This document shows positions 30,039-39,401 of a stretch of DNA of 64,000 bases, piece after piece. This stretch comes from Opitutales bacterium (GTDB taxonomy: Bacteria > Verrucomicrobiota > Verrucomicrobiia > Opitutales > JABSRG01), in contig JBMYOQ010000002.1 of NCBI GenBank assembly GCA_049599475.1, positions 64,001 to 128,000 on the forward strand. The letters run 5' to 3'. Within the stretch, counting starts at the first letter, position 1, and each line of letters opens with the position of its first letter. Below the pieces are notes generated by a model. It worked only from the letters and a program-made list of their open reading frames with translations, made no database searches and was not told the DNA's origin. Made by a program: the position numbers and the translations under genes.

Positions 30039-32402
30039 ATGATTAGAAAACCAATATCCACAGTGGCTGCACTCTGTGTAGGCCTCCTGTCTTGTGTACA
30101 AATCCTGGATGCGAAGCATGTATTTGTTTTGGCAGGCCAGTCCAATATGGCGAATATCGAAAAGCAGGCACTCGACGACTTTAAGAATGTCGTGAATGCC
30201 GAATACGGTACCGAAAACGTTGTAGTCCGTGTAAATGCCAAGCGAGGGCAATCCATCAAACGGTGGTTGACTTCGTGGCCGTTTGAAAACGATCAAATCT
30301 TTCCCCAGCCAGAGTCTATGGGCTCTTTGTATTTAGATCAGGGGAGTGGAGGATTGAAGAAAAATTTCAATAAGGCCATTGGTACAGGTGCATACGATAG
30401 CCTCACTCTAATCTGGATGCAGGGAGAAGCAGATTCGAAATTTGGGGACCTACGCCATTATTTCTATGAATATTCCTTTTATGAAATTATCTCACAATTG
30501 CGTAATGATTTTCCGAATATCGAACATATGAATGTCGTTATCGGGCGTATTGCAGATATTGGTGATTCGCAGGCGGATCAAACGATTGGCAATGCAAACG
30601 AGTATCGCTATCGTAATTTTGTCCGAGGCGCGCAGGTTTCTATGGCCGAAGCAGACCCCTATTGGGACTGGGTGACCACGGATGATCTCAATAATGTAGC
30701 TGTCGATCCGAGTGATCCAGCTTACACTGTGCCTCACCGTGATGCTGTCCATTACAATGAGGGGACAGTAAGTTATTACTCGGTTTTGGCCGAGCGTTTC
30801 GCTAATGCCGCGATTGCGTTGATTAACGAAAAGAAGCCGGTTTCTACTGCGCGTCAGTATATCGCGAGCGTATATCCGGATATCCTATCTGTCGCTGCAC
30901 CGGGTGTACTGACCAACGCTTATGATAAGGATGGAGCTGCTCTGACGGCGGTATTGATCTCGGGCCCGGCGAATGCGGAATCTTTCACGCTGAATGCGGA
31001 CGGTTCATTCATCTATCAGCCAGTGGATGGATTTATTGGAACAGATAGTTTCTCCTATGTGGCGAATAATGGAGCCGAAGATGGATTTGAGTCGGTGGTT
31101 ACAATTGAAGTGGAACCCACCTTATCAGACCTGTTCGTCTGGTACTCCTTTGATGAAGCGTCTGGCGCGACTGTTTCGGACCGCTCTGGTAATGGAAATG
31201 ACGGCACACTCAGTGGTGGCATATGGACAGATGGATACTTCGATGGCGCTATAAAATTCGATGCGTCCTCAATAGGAAATATTGATGTTCCAGCTGCGGC
31301 ATTTGCAGGTGTCTCCGACTCCCTTACTGTCTCCTTTTGGGCAGCAGACGATGTTTACCGTCCTGCCGCAGAATTTGTGGTCACCGATGCGCAAACAGCT
31401 TCACTCAATTCGGTAGCTCAGATATCATTCAGTGACCGAGTAGATGGCGTAGACGATATTTCTAATTACGCGAGCCCCATCACTGAAGTATCCGCCCTGG
31501 CAGGAGGAGATACAGGCTCCACAAGCTTAGGCTATGAAGAGACGTTAGACTACGCATACTGGGCGCATTGGGCGCTTACTGTGGATACTGTTCTTGGCGA
31601 ATCTAAGTTGTACAAGGACGGTGTTCTTGTCTCAAGCATCACGGGGGTAACAGATAGCCTGGCTGGGATTGATAGCTGGACAATCGGTAGTTTGGTATCT
31701 GGAGGTAATGCCTTCCGCGGGCTTCTCGATAATTATCGTGTGTATTCTCGGACGCTTTCGGAGGCGGAGATAGGCTTCCTCGCGGGTATTTCAGAATTCC
31801 CCGGCGACGGCGGATCTGGTGGTGACGGTGGATCCGGCGGTGGCGATGATGGATCTGGCGACGGCGGTAGCGGAGATACAACAGATACTGATGGTGATGG
31901 TGTGATCGATTCTCTGGATGCGTTCCCTCTGTCTCCTTACTTCGGCGAAGGGCCGTATCAAGATTATCTCTTTAATGGAGGCTTTGAAGACCCTCTAGCG
32001 GGCGGCTGGAATGTCCCAGGGGGTAATGGCGGGTTTGAGTCTGCGGAATACTATTCCGGGGCTTCTTCCTTTGCGGTAATTAATCCGGACGGCTCCAAGA
32101 TTGATTTGAATGGACAGAGGGCGTATTTCGTAGCACCGGCTACGGTTGTGAACTTCAGCGGATGGTATAAGGCAAGTATGCCATTTGCGGAAGGTAAGGT
32201 GAGCCTGATCACCAAATTGATCGGGACTGAAAGTATCAATAAGACATTTAAATTAAACTACATCGATGGTGAATGGAATTACTTCAGCTTCGATGTATTG
32301 ATGCCGACGGGTGAAGCAACACAGCTACGGAAATACAAGCTGAGAACACAAGAATCCGGATTGACAATCTGGTTCGATGATTTGTCTGTCGTCGCCTACT
32401 AG
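30039..32402 (+). CDS. Secreted SGNH (SASA/CE6-like) O-acetylesterase with Ig/cadherin-like, LamG, Gly-rich linker and CBM-like domains
   Basis: LAGQSNM, WMQGEAD, DAVHY; LNADGSFIYQP; YSFDE...DRSGNGNDG; LFNGGFE...WFDDLSV. Confidence 0.85.
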   Translation: MIRKPISTVAALCVGLLSCVQILDAKHVFVLAGQSNMANIEKQALDDFKNVVNAEYGTENVVVRVNAKRGQSIKRWLTSWPFENDQIFPQPESMGSLYLDQGSGGLKKNFNKAIGTGAYDSLTLIWMQGEADSKFGDLRHYFYEYSFYEIISQLRNDFPNIEHMNVVIGRIADIGDSQADQTIGNANEYRYRNFVRGAQVSMAEADPYWDWVTTDDLNNVAVDPSDPAYTVPHRDAVHYNEGTVSYYSVLAERFANAAIALINEKKPVSTARQYIASVYPDILSVAAPGVLTNAYDKDGAALTAVLISGPANAESFTLNADGSFIYQPVDGFIGTDSFSYVANNGAEDGFESVVTIEVEPTLSDLFVWYSFDEASGATVSDRSGNGNDGTLSGGIWTDGYFDGAIKFDASSIGNIDVPAAAFAGVSDSLTVSFWAADDVYRPAAEFVVTDAQTASLNSVAQISFSDRVDGVDDISNYASPITEVSALAGGDTGSTSLGYEETLDYAYWAHWALTVDTVLGESKLYKDGVLVSSITGVTDSLAGIDSWTIGSLVSGGNAFRGLLDNYRVYSRTLSEAEIGFLAGISEFPGDGGSGGDGGSGGGDDGSGDGGSGDTTDTDGDGVIDSLDAFPLSPYFGEGPYQDYLFNGGFEDPLAGGWNVPGGNGGFESAEYYSGASSFAVINPDGSKIDLNGQRAYFVAPATVVNFSGWYKASMPFAEGKVSLITKLIGTESINKTFKLNYIDGEWNYFSFDVLMPTGEATQLRKYKLRTQESGLTIWFDDLSVVAY

Positions 32403-32454
32403 TTTCACGGCTGCTTGCAGAGTATTGATATAAGAAATACAAGATTGCCATACC

Positions 32455-32484
32455 AAGCCTCCGTGGAAACACGGAGGTTTTTTT
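32455..32484 (+). terminator. Rho-independent terminator
   Basis: AAGCCTCCGTG-GAAA-CACGGAGG followed by a T7 run. Confidence 0.9.
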
Positions 32485-32657
32485 GTCCCTTGTGAAAATT
32501 AAGGCGTCTGTGGCATGAACCTATTGGTGGGTTAACTTTCTCATGAGAAATGTGTCATATATAACAAGCGAAGTATATGGATGAGCGAAATAGGTAGGAT
32601 ATAAGATTGGGCAAGCGAAGACTTCGCGAAAACTTCTCTACCCCCACTCTCAGTCAT

Positions 32658-35600
32658 ATGCACCTTGAACGCCCCCCCATCGTTCGTCCCTCAAGCTGTC
32701 GTTCGGCATCTCTTGACTTAATCTCTCTCCACTCACTGTTCGCCTGGGTGCTCGCATTTTGCGTGGTCACGCAGGGCTTGAATGCGCAGAACGAAGTGCT
32801 TGGGCATCCGATGGTGCATAGTCTGTTCCCGGATGCGTTAGTTACGAAGCGCACCGTGCAAGGGGGAAATTGGTCGAATCCAGCAGTCTGGGACGCCAAT
32901 ACATTGCCGACGGATGGCGATCGCATTGTCATCGAAGAAGGGCATGCCGTCGTAGTCGATTACGAGGTGCCTGAGGAGTTGATGACTCTGCACGTGAAGG
33001 GTGACCTATCGTTTAACAAGGATGTCCATACGCAACTGACAGTGGACACCATGCTGGTCGACTCAATGGGCAGCTTGACCATGGGGAAAGAGGGCGCTCC
33101 CATCAGCAGATCTGTCACCGCAAAGATCGTCATCAAAGACTATAATAATGAGGGGATCATTACGCAGTTAAATGAAGATGGCTCAGCGCCTATCGATTAT
33201 GATCCTTATCAGGTCGGTCAGGGGCTGATTGCAAAAGGTCGTGTAGATATGGAGGGCGCGACGCGGGTCCATGGCGGGACCTTGAGCCAAGCTCCTTCGG
33301 CTTTGGATGATCGAATCTACCTCGACTTCAAAGCGAAAGACTGGGAGGTCGGCGACAAGATTGTGATTGCGGGCACGACACGAGACGGGCTGGGGGACGA
33401 AGTGCGTGAAGTCGCGAAGCTAAAGAATAGTAAGCGGACAATCGTTTTAGATAGGCCTTTGGAACTCGATCACCACCTGCCAACGCATTCTAAGGAAGGG
33501 CTAATACTGAAAGTCCATGTGATCAACCTTACGCGTAATGTATGGATTGAGACGGATGCATCAGGCCGAGATCCTTTTCCGGCAGAACCGGTAGACGGTG
33601 TGATTCAATACAACCGCCGCGGTCATCTGATGTTTATGCACAACTCGGATGTCAGGCTGAAGCTTGCTGGGTTTTATGGCTTGGGTCGGTCGAATAAGAC
33701 AACAAGGGCCAAGGATACCTTTATAGACGAGGCCACTGGAGAAATTACTTTATTAGGGACTAACCCTCGTGGGCGATATGCAGTCCACTTTCACATGGCG
33801 GGATTCGATCGGACAATTGAGGTCACCGAATGTGCCGTGGATGGAAGCCCGGGTTGGGGGTTTGTAAACCACAGTAGCCGTGTCGACTTCTATCGCAACG
33901 TTGCCTACAATGCGCGGGGTGCCAGTTTTGTGACTGAAGCCGGGGATGAGCTTGGTTCATTTATTGAAAACATTTCGATTCGCAACGATGCCGACGAGGA
34001 TCAGTCAGGCAACGATCTGCGCTTCCAGAAGCGAAAGTTCAGCAGTGATCGAGCAGACGAAAATGAATTTGGGTTTGGCGGGCACGGGTTCTGGTATCAG
34101 GGCATAAATATCATAGCTAAGAGAAATGTAGCATCGGGCGCTGGGCGCGAAGCTATGTCGATATATCCTCTCCCGTTGCTTGGTCGCGTGTCCGACACCA
34201 TCCCGGTCGAAGAGGTGCGCGAGGAGAGTGCTCATTTACACGCTTCCGATGATGTGAGTATAACAGCTATGCCGGTCCTTAGTTTTGAGGACGAAATTGT
34301 GTATGGTTCGAATATCGCTTTGATGGTAGGGGAGCATCGGCCGGATTTTTACTCGCGCGTTAAAAACTTTGTAGGGTGGTCTGTGCAGATGGGGCTGAGT
34401 ACCAACTACTCGGATTTCGTGAGCTACGAAGATATCACACTGATTGGAGATTTGGATGACCCGATGGGCTTGGGCGCGTTTGCACACCATGGAACGGGAA
34501 ATGTGGATTTTATCAATCCGCACATGGAAGGCTTTGCCCTGGGGCTGCAGATGCCGCGAGGCGGAAACAGTGAGTTGGGCTCTGAATTGAGTAACCCTGA
34601 GGCGGCTCTAAAGCTGAGTTTTATAACGAATGGTTATTTTAATAATCTGATAAATTTGCATTTTCCATTGGTGCGAGCGCATACGCCGGTGAAAGTGGAA
34701 ATTACAAACCCGACATTCGGGACGCTCGCTCCCGATGCCGTGTCGCGCGCTATTACGGCCTTGGGAGAAATCGATACGAATAACGACTTAAATATCGACT
34801 CGAGTAACACGGATTCCAATGGATTTAAGAAGCTTAAAGAACTGGTGGATGGCGGAAGTATTACAAAGCAATATAATTACTTGCTCCATGATACTTCTAA
34901 ACCGGAAAATTCGGGAGGCACCACAGTCCATAAAAAGGATATTTTGAAGCCAGTTATATTTACTGTAGATTATGGCGAAGGTGGTAAGTATCACCTGATG
35001 ATGGAGGATATGCAGAATCCTCAGCATGTCCCGTATCAAGCTGATCTATACATTCCTGACGATTATGTCGAAGGGGATGAAATAGGAAAATGGGGCATTC
35101 CCATCGCTTATCTGGATAAGACGAATCGAGAAATTGCGACCTTGTTCCAGTCTGCAACGGATCCCGATAATCCATACCATAATCTATTTGGTAAGATGGA
35201 TCATTATCCGATTGGGGCGCACGGAATCGGTGGCATGATGTTTCCTCCCGATTTTGAGCAAATAGATCGCTTTGAACCTTGGGATGATGGGTTCAATGTC
35301 GTTGCGGTGCGCATCGATGACTTGGAGGATTATAAGCTAGATCTTGTCGACCCCAACCTCCCCGTTTTATTATTTGATTTCGAATACGAAGGAAATCGGC
35401 TAAAATACCGCCAAGACAAGCCTGCTGCTTGGAATGCCTTTCCGATGGAATACAAGTATGCGGATTTTAATGCATACTCGGGGACTGGAAAAGCCATGTT
35501 CCTCGATGGGAAAGGTGATGCTATTGACTACACGCTTCCCTATCGGCATGCGCATAAAACATTCAGTTGGATAGCCGATCTACGACCGCTTGAGACCACG

Positions 35601-37514
35601 TCTGGAGTGATCTATGAGTGGTCTGCGGGGGATGCATTCTATCAAATCTCAATGGATGGGGGCGAGCTGCTAGCCAAGGTTCAGACTTCTTCATCTGCGC
35701 CTGTTAAAGAAATAAGAGGGGGCTCCTTGACTGCGGGTCACTGGCACCAGATTGCCTTCAATTTGGAATATTCTTTGGGCCGCGTTTTCCTCTACTTAGA
35801 TGGTGTTCTAATCGGTTCTAGTGATGTAGATACCATTACTGTAATGGATCGTGGTATTGCCCGAATTGGGCGCGGTATCATCAATGATGATGTTTCAAAC
35901 GCGTATCGAGGATTTGTCGACAATCTGCGTGTTCTTGAACGTTCTTTCACTGTTCTTGCACTTGAAGAATATTACAATGAAACCCGCATCCAAACACCAG
36001 AGGAGTTCGATCCATCTCTTGCCGGTTTAGATGTCACGGATATCGATGTCGATGGCGATGACGTGCGCGATTTAGATGATGTGTTTCCTGCAAATGAGGA
36101 TGAAACGCTTGATAGCGACGGTGATGGCTGGGGGGATGCGTCAGACCCAGAGCCTTTCTTGGCATTCCTCGATTCCGATGGCGATCGTGTTCCTGACGCT
36201 TCAGACCCCTTTCCAAGCGATCCTACAGAGTGGAGTGATATCGATGGTGATTGGACGGGTGATTTTGATGACTCCGATGCCGATGGTGACGGTGTGCAGG
36301 ATGTTGATGATGCCCTGCCATTCGACGCTACGGAACAGGTAGACACCGATGGTGATGGCGTCGGCGATAATTCTGATGCCTTCGTTCACGATCCGATGGA
36401 ATGGCGCGATACCGACAAAGATGGTTATGGGGATAATATTGACGCGCTTGACCACAACCCTGACGAATGGAAAGACTCGGATAATGATGGCTGGGGCGAT
36501 GGACAAGATAATCACATTTATTCCCCCGCGTTCGCATTAGAAGAGAATATTTTGCCCAACCCAGGCGCCGAGGATGGAGCTACCGATTGGAAATTCTCTA
36601 ACACCGGATCAAGCGCAACCATAAATCTAGATTTCAAGCGCTCGGGAAATGCCTCATTTATCCTAAATAATGTGGGGGATGGGACCGCGAGAATGGAATC
36701 TACCGGATTGGAAGTCTCTAACCCGGCGGGACTTAAACGTGTTACCGCGAGTGGTTGGGTGCGATTGAATAAGATTGTCAAAAACAAAGAGGATAAAGTC
36801 CGCATCGGTATCGATTTCATTGGTGGACGGGTCGAAGAGCGCATCATTCTTGTCGAAAATCGAGAATGGACAAACTTCTCGTTCGATTACTTTAGCGACG
36901 ATTGGACCGGCATTGACCGATTTTTCATCTCAAATGATCTGGACAATCTTGTTGTTCATATCGACGACTTGAAGGTGAGCGTAAACAATGTTGAATCAGA
37001 CATAGATTCCGATGGTATCGATGACTATGCCGACAATGACGACGACGGAGATGGCTATTTGGACGGTGAAGATTGGTTCCCGAACAGTGCCTCGGAATGG
37101 GCGGACACGGACAATGACGGCACCGGAAATAATGAAGATACTGATGATGATGGTGATGACCTGCTGGATACCGAAGAAATCGCTGCAGGGCTCGATCCGC
37201 TCGATGCGTTGGATGCCGATTTGGATTATGACCAAGATGGGCAGACAAATCGTCTAGAAGTTCGCGCAGGCACAGATATCTTCGACTCCATGTCACGTTT
37301 CATTCTGTCGACAGTGAATGTCTTAGAAAATGGTGATGTCAGGCTCGAATGGGCGGGCGGAGATACGCAAAGCTTCTATATCGAATACTCCAATGATCTG
37401 ATGAACTGGTACGTGTTACCGGATTCGGTAGGTGTAACCGTGAGCGAAGGGTATACCGACATCAGTGTGGGAGGCGCAGCGGCTCGCTACTACCGTGTGG
37501 TGTTGAACGATTGA
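32658..37514 (+). CDS. G8 / beta-helix / LamG / TSP3 / CBM protein (paralog 2)
   Basis: Colinear with 25055 (LKVHVINLTRNV, GRYAVHFH, FVTEAGDE, AFAHHGT); the ATG at 32658 is preferred over the TTG at 32607. Confidence 0.85.
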   Translation: MHLERPPIVRPSSCRSASLDLISLHSLFAWVLAFCVVTQGLNAQNEVLGHPMVHSLFPDALVTKRTVQGGNWSNPAVWDANTLPTDGDRIVIEEGHAVVVDYEVPEELMTLHVKGDLSFNKDVHTQLTVDTMLVDSMGSLTMGKEGAPISRSVTAKIVIKDYNNEGIITQLNEDGSAPIDYDPYQVGQGLIAKGRVDMEGATRVHGGTLSQAPSALDDRIYLDFKAKDWEVGDKIVIAGTTRDGLGDEVREVAKLKNSKRTIVLDRPLELDHHLPTHSKEGLILKVHVINLTRNVWIETDASGRDPFPAEPVDGVIQYNRRGHLMFMHNSDVRLKLAGFYGLGRSNKTTRAKDTFIDEATGEITLLGTNPRGRYAVHFHMAGFDRTIEVTECAVDGSPGWGFVNHSSRVDFYRNVAYNARGASFVTEAGDELGSFIENISIRNDADEDQSGNDLRFQKRKFSSDRADENEFGFGGHGFWYQGINIIAKRNVASGAGREAMSIYPLPLLGRVSDTIPVEEVREESAHLHASDDVSITAMPVLSFEDEIVYGSNIALMVGEHRPDFYSRVKNFVGWSVQMGLSTNYSDFVSYEDITLIGDLDDPMGLGAFAHHGTGNVDFINPHMEGFALGLQMPRGGNSELGSELSNPEAALKLSFITNGYFNNLINLHFPLVRAHTPVKVEITNPTFGTLAPDAVSRAITALGEIDTNNDLNIDSSNTDSNGFKKLKELVDGGSITKQYNYLLHDTSKPENSGGTTVHKKDILKPVIFTVDYGEGGKYHLMMEDMQNPQHVPYQADLYIPDDYVEGDEIGKWGIPIAYLDKTNREIATLFQSATDPDNPYHNLFGKMDHYPIGAHGIGGMMFPPDFEQIDRFEPWDDGFNVVAVRIDDLEDYKLDLVDPNLPVLLFDFEYEGNRLKYRQDKPAAWNAFPMEYKYADFNAYSGTGKAMFLDGKGDAIDYTLPYRHAHKTFSWIADLRPLETTSGVIYEWSAGDAFYQISMDGGELLAKVQTSSSAPVKEIRGGSLTAGHWHQIAFNLEYSLGRVFLYLDGVLIGSSDVDTITVMDRGIARIGRGIINDDVSNAYRGFVDNLRVLERSFTVLALEEYYNETRIQTPEEFDPSLAGLDVTDIDVDGDDVRDLDDVFPANEDETLDSDGDGWGDASDPEPFLAFLDSDGDRVPDASDPFPSDPTEWSDIDGDWTGDFDDSDADGDGVQDVDDALPFDATEQVDTDGDGVGDNSDAFVHDPMEWRDTDKDGYGDNIDALDHNPDEWKDSDNDGWGDGQDNHIYSPAFALEENILPNPGAEDGATDWKFSNTGSSATINLDFKRSGNASFILNNVGDGTARMESTGLEVSNPAGLKRVTASGWVRLNKIVKNKEDKVRIGIDFIGGRVEERIILVENREWTNFSFDYFSDDWTGIDRFFISNDLDNLVVHIDDLKVSVNNVESDIDSDGIDDYADNDDDGDGYLDGEDWFPNSASEWADTDNDGTGNNEDTDDDGDDLLDTEEIAAGLDPLDALDADLDYDQDGQTNRLEVRAGTDIFDSMSRFILSTVNVLENGDVRLEWAGGDTQSFYIEYSNDLMNWYVLPDSVGVTVSEGYTDISVGGAAARYYRVVLND

Positions 37515-37586
37515 TAATCCTGCCTGTGTAATCGCTTTGCTTTCGAAACAATTATTCAGCTTTAGCTACCGAGTGCGCACATAACA

Positions 37587-37751
37587 CGTCCGCTCTGAGA
37601 TCGGCCGCTACCGCAACGCGTCCGATCAATTTGTATTGGGAATTTGCCTAATAAATAGATTCAAGGTAGGGGCCGACCTCCGGGCGGCCATAATTCAGCA
37701 TCAGCTGCATAGGCTGGCGTGTCTGCGTCCGCTTTGCAATCGGTTGCTACC
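37587..37751. repeat. Three GTAG-type REP-like units (one inverted pair plus a singleton)
   Basis: GGTAGGGGCCGACCTCCGGGCGGCC (+, 37665-37689); reverse-strand GGTAGCGGCCGATCTCAGAGCGGACG (37587-37612) and GGTAGCAACCGATTGCAAAGCGGACG (37726-37751). Confidence 0.65.
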
Positions 37752-37854
37752 TGAAGGATCAAGTATCGCTTAAGTACCGATATTGGAGCCTCTGAGAATA
37801 CTCCCGGTGCGCAAGTTCGCAAGGGAGGCCCTTAACCCGTTTCCATGACCTTTC

Positions 37855-39372
37855 TCAATGAGACTTTTTCTTCTTCTTTTTCCCGCCCTTGATCTTTCCG
37901 TTGCCCGGTAATCCAGAGTCCTCCATGAGGACCTTTTGTTGGGTTTGCTTCAGCTTGCCCTCAAGTTGAGCTATAATGGTTTTGTATTCGGGGTTGTTGG
38001 CTAGGTTTCGCAGTTGCTCTGGGTCGGTTTGGCGGTCGTAGAGTTCTGGAGAATGGTTTGGGACGTGAAAATAGGTGTAGCGCTCAGTGCGTATTCCATG
38101 GTGCGATGGTCCACTCCAATAGGCATACCATTGGGCATCCCGCCAATCATCAGGTGTTTCCCCTTTGAGGACGGGGACCATACTGCGACCTTGCATGGCT
38201 TCCGGGATGGGGGCTCCAGCAAGGTCCAAAAGAGTGGGGGCGATGTCTACCAGTTCACACAAATCTGTATTGATGCTCCCTGGCTTTATTAGCTCTGGAT
38301 AGCGTATCAGGAATGGGGTACGCATCGAAGATTCTAAAATGAGGCGTTTGTCAAAAAAACCGTGCTGGCCGAGCCAATATCCCTGGTCAGACATGTAGAC
38401 GATCACGGTATCGTCTAGGAGATTTTCCTTTTCTAAATATTCGAAAAGGCGGCGAATATTATCATCGTTGCCCCGGATGCAGCGGAGGTATTTTTTTGCG
38501 AGGTGCTGGTATGACACTCGGTGGCGGTCTTTCTGGTCATCTGGGTCGTGTGGGTTCAGTTTTGGCCCACCTTTTCCTTTTTTTGCTTTGTCATAATAAG
38601 TCTCTCCGTCGCCGAGTGATAGGTGGCGATCAGTTTTGATCATCGTCTGTTTCAATACAGAGCCACTCGCCGCAATATCCTCATAGAGGGATGGAGGTTC
38701 TGGTATGTCCTCGTCTTTGAAGAGGTGTTTGTAGCGGTCTGCAGATTCGTAGGGAAAATGTGGGGCCTTGAATTGAAGGCTCAGTAGAAAGGGGCGGTCT
38801 TTATCGCGCTTATCGAGCCAATTGAGGGCTACGTCTGTATAGACATCGGTGCTGTATCCAGGAAGCTGGTGCGTGTATTTTTCGTATACTTGATCGCCAT
38901 CGACACCCTTGAAGGATGGATTCGTGTATTTGCCTTGGCCATTAACGATAAGAAATTTTTCGTAGCCCTTGGGCTCGCTTTCGATATGCCATTTGCCTAC
39001 GAGCCAGGTTTGATATCCAGCCTTCCTCAGCTCCTCTGGATAGTGGGGAGCATGGTCATGAATCCCATGACTGTTGGTGCGGACCCCGTTAATATGCCCA
39101 TACTGCCCGGTTAATATGCTCGCGCGACTCGGGGAGCATATTGAGGTCGCTGTGGTCATGTTGTCGAAGCGCATGCCTTCATGCGCAATACGATCAATAT
39201 GGGGCGTCTGTGCGTAGTCTTTTAGATAGCTGTCGTATACTGAAATAGTCTCGAAGGCGTGGTCGTCGACGAGAACGATGAGCATATTGGGCTGTTTGGC
39301 GTGGAGTGCCCCGGCCAGTGCGCTGATAGCTGCGAGTCCGAGATATTTCAGGCGTTTGAGGTGATGAATCAT
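37855..39372 (-). CDS. Secreted S1 sulfatase (hexosamine-6-sulfatase-like motif set)
   Basis: QPNMLIVLVDDH, CSPSRASILTG, FKAPH, SDQGYWLGQHGFFDKR. Confidence 0.95.
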   Translation of the reverse strand: MIHHLKRLKYLGLAAISALAGALHAKQPNMLIVLVDDHAFETISVYDSYLKDYAQTPHIDRIAHEGMRFDNMTTATSICSPSRASILTGQYGHINGVRTNSHGIHDHAPHYPEELRKAGYQTWLVGKWHIESEPKGYEKFLIVNGQGKYTNPSFKGVDGDQVYEKYTHQLPGYSTDVYTDVALNWLDKRDKDRPFLLSLQFKAPHFPYESADRYKHLFKDEDIPEPPSLYEDIAASGSVLKQTMIKTDRHLSLGDGETYYDKAKKGKGGPKLNPHDPDDQKDRHRVSYQHLAKKYLRCIRGNDDNIRRLFEYLEKENLLDDTVIVYMSDQGYWLGQHGFFDKRLILESSMRTPFLIRYPELIKPGSINTDLCELVDIAPTLLDLAGAPIPEAMQGRSMVPVLKGETPDDWRDAQWYAYWSGPSHHGIRTERYTYFHVPNHSPELYDRQTDPEQLRNLANNPEYKTIIAQLEGKLKQTQQKVLMEDSGLPGNGKIKGGKKKKKKSH

Positions 39373-39401
39373 TATGGTCGGTTAAGGCGCTTAAAACGTA
39401 A

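Noticed and set aside
31805..31875. GGCGACGGCGGATCTGGT-type tandem repeat
   Set aside because: Ordinary Gly/Asp/Ser interdomain linker
32537..32550. Perfect palindrome TTTCTCATGAGAAA upstream of G8 paralog 2
   Set aside because: Only one full copy in the window; not enough to call an operator
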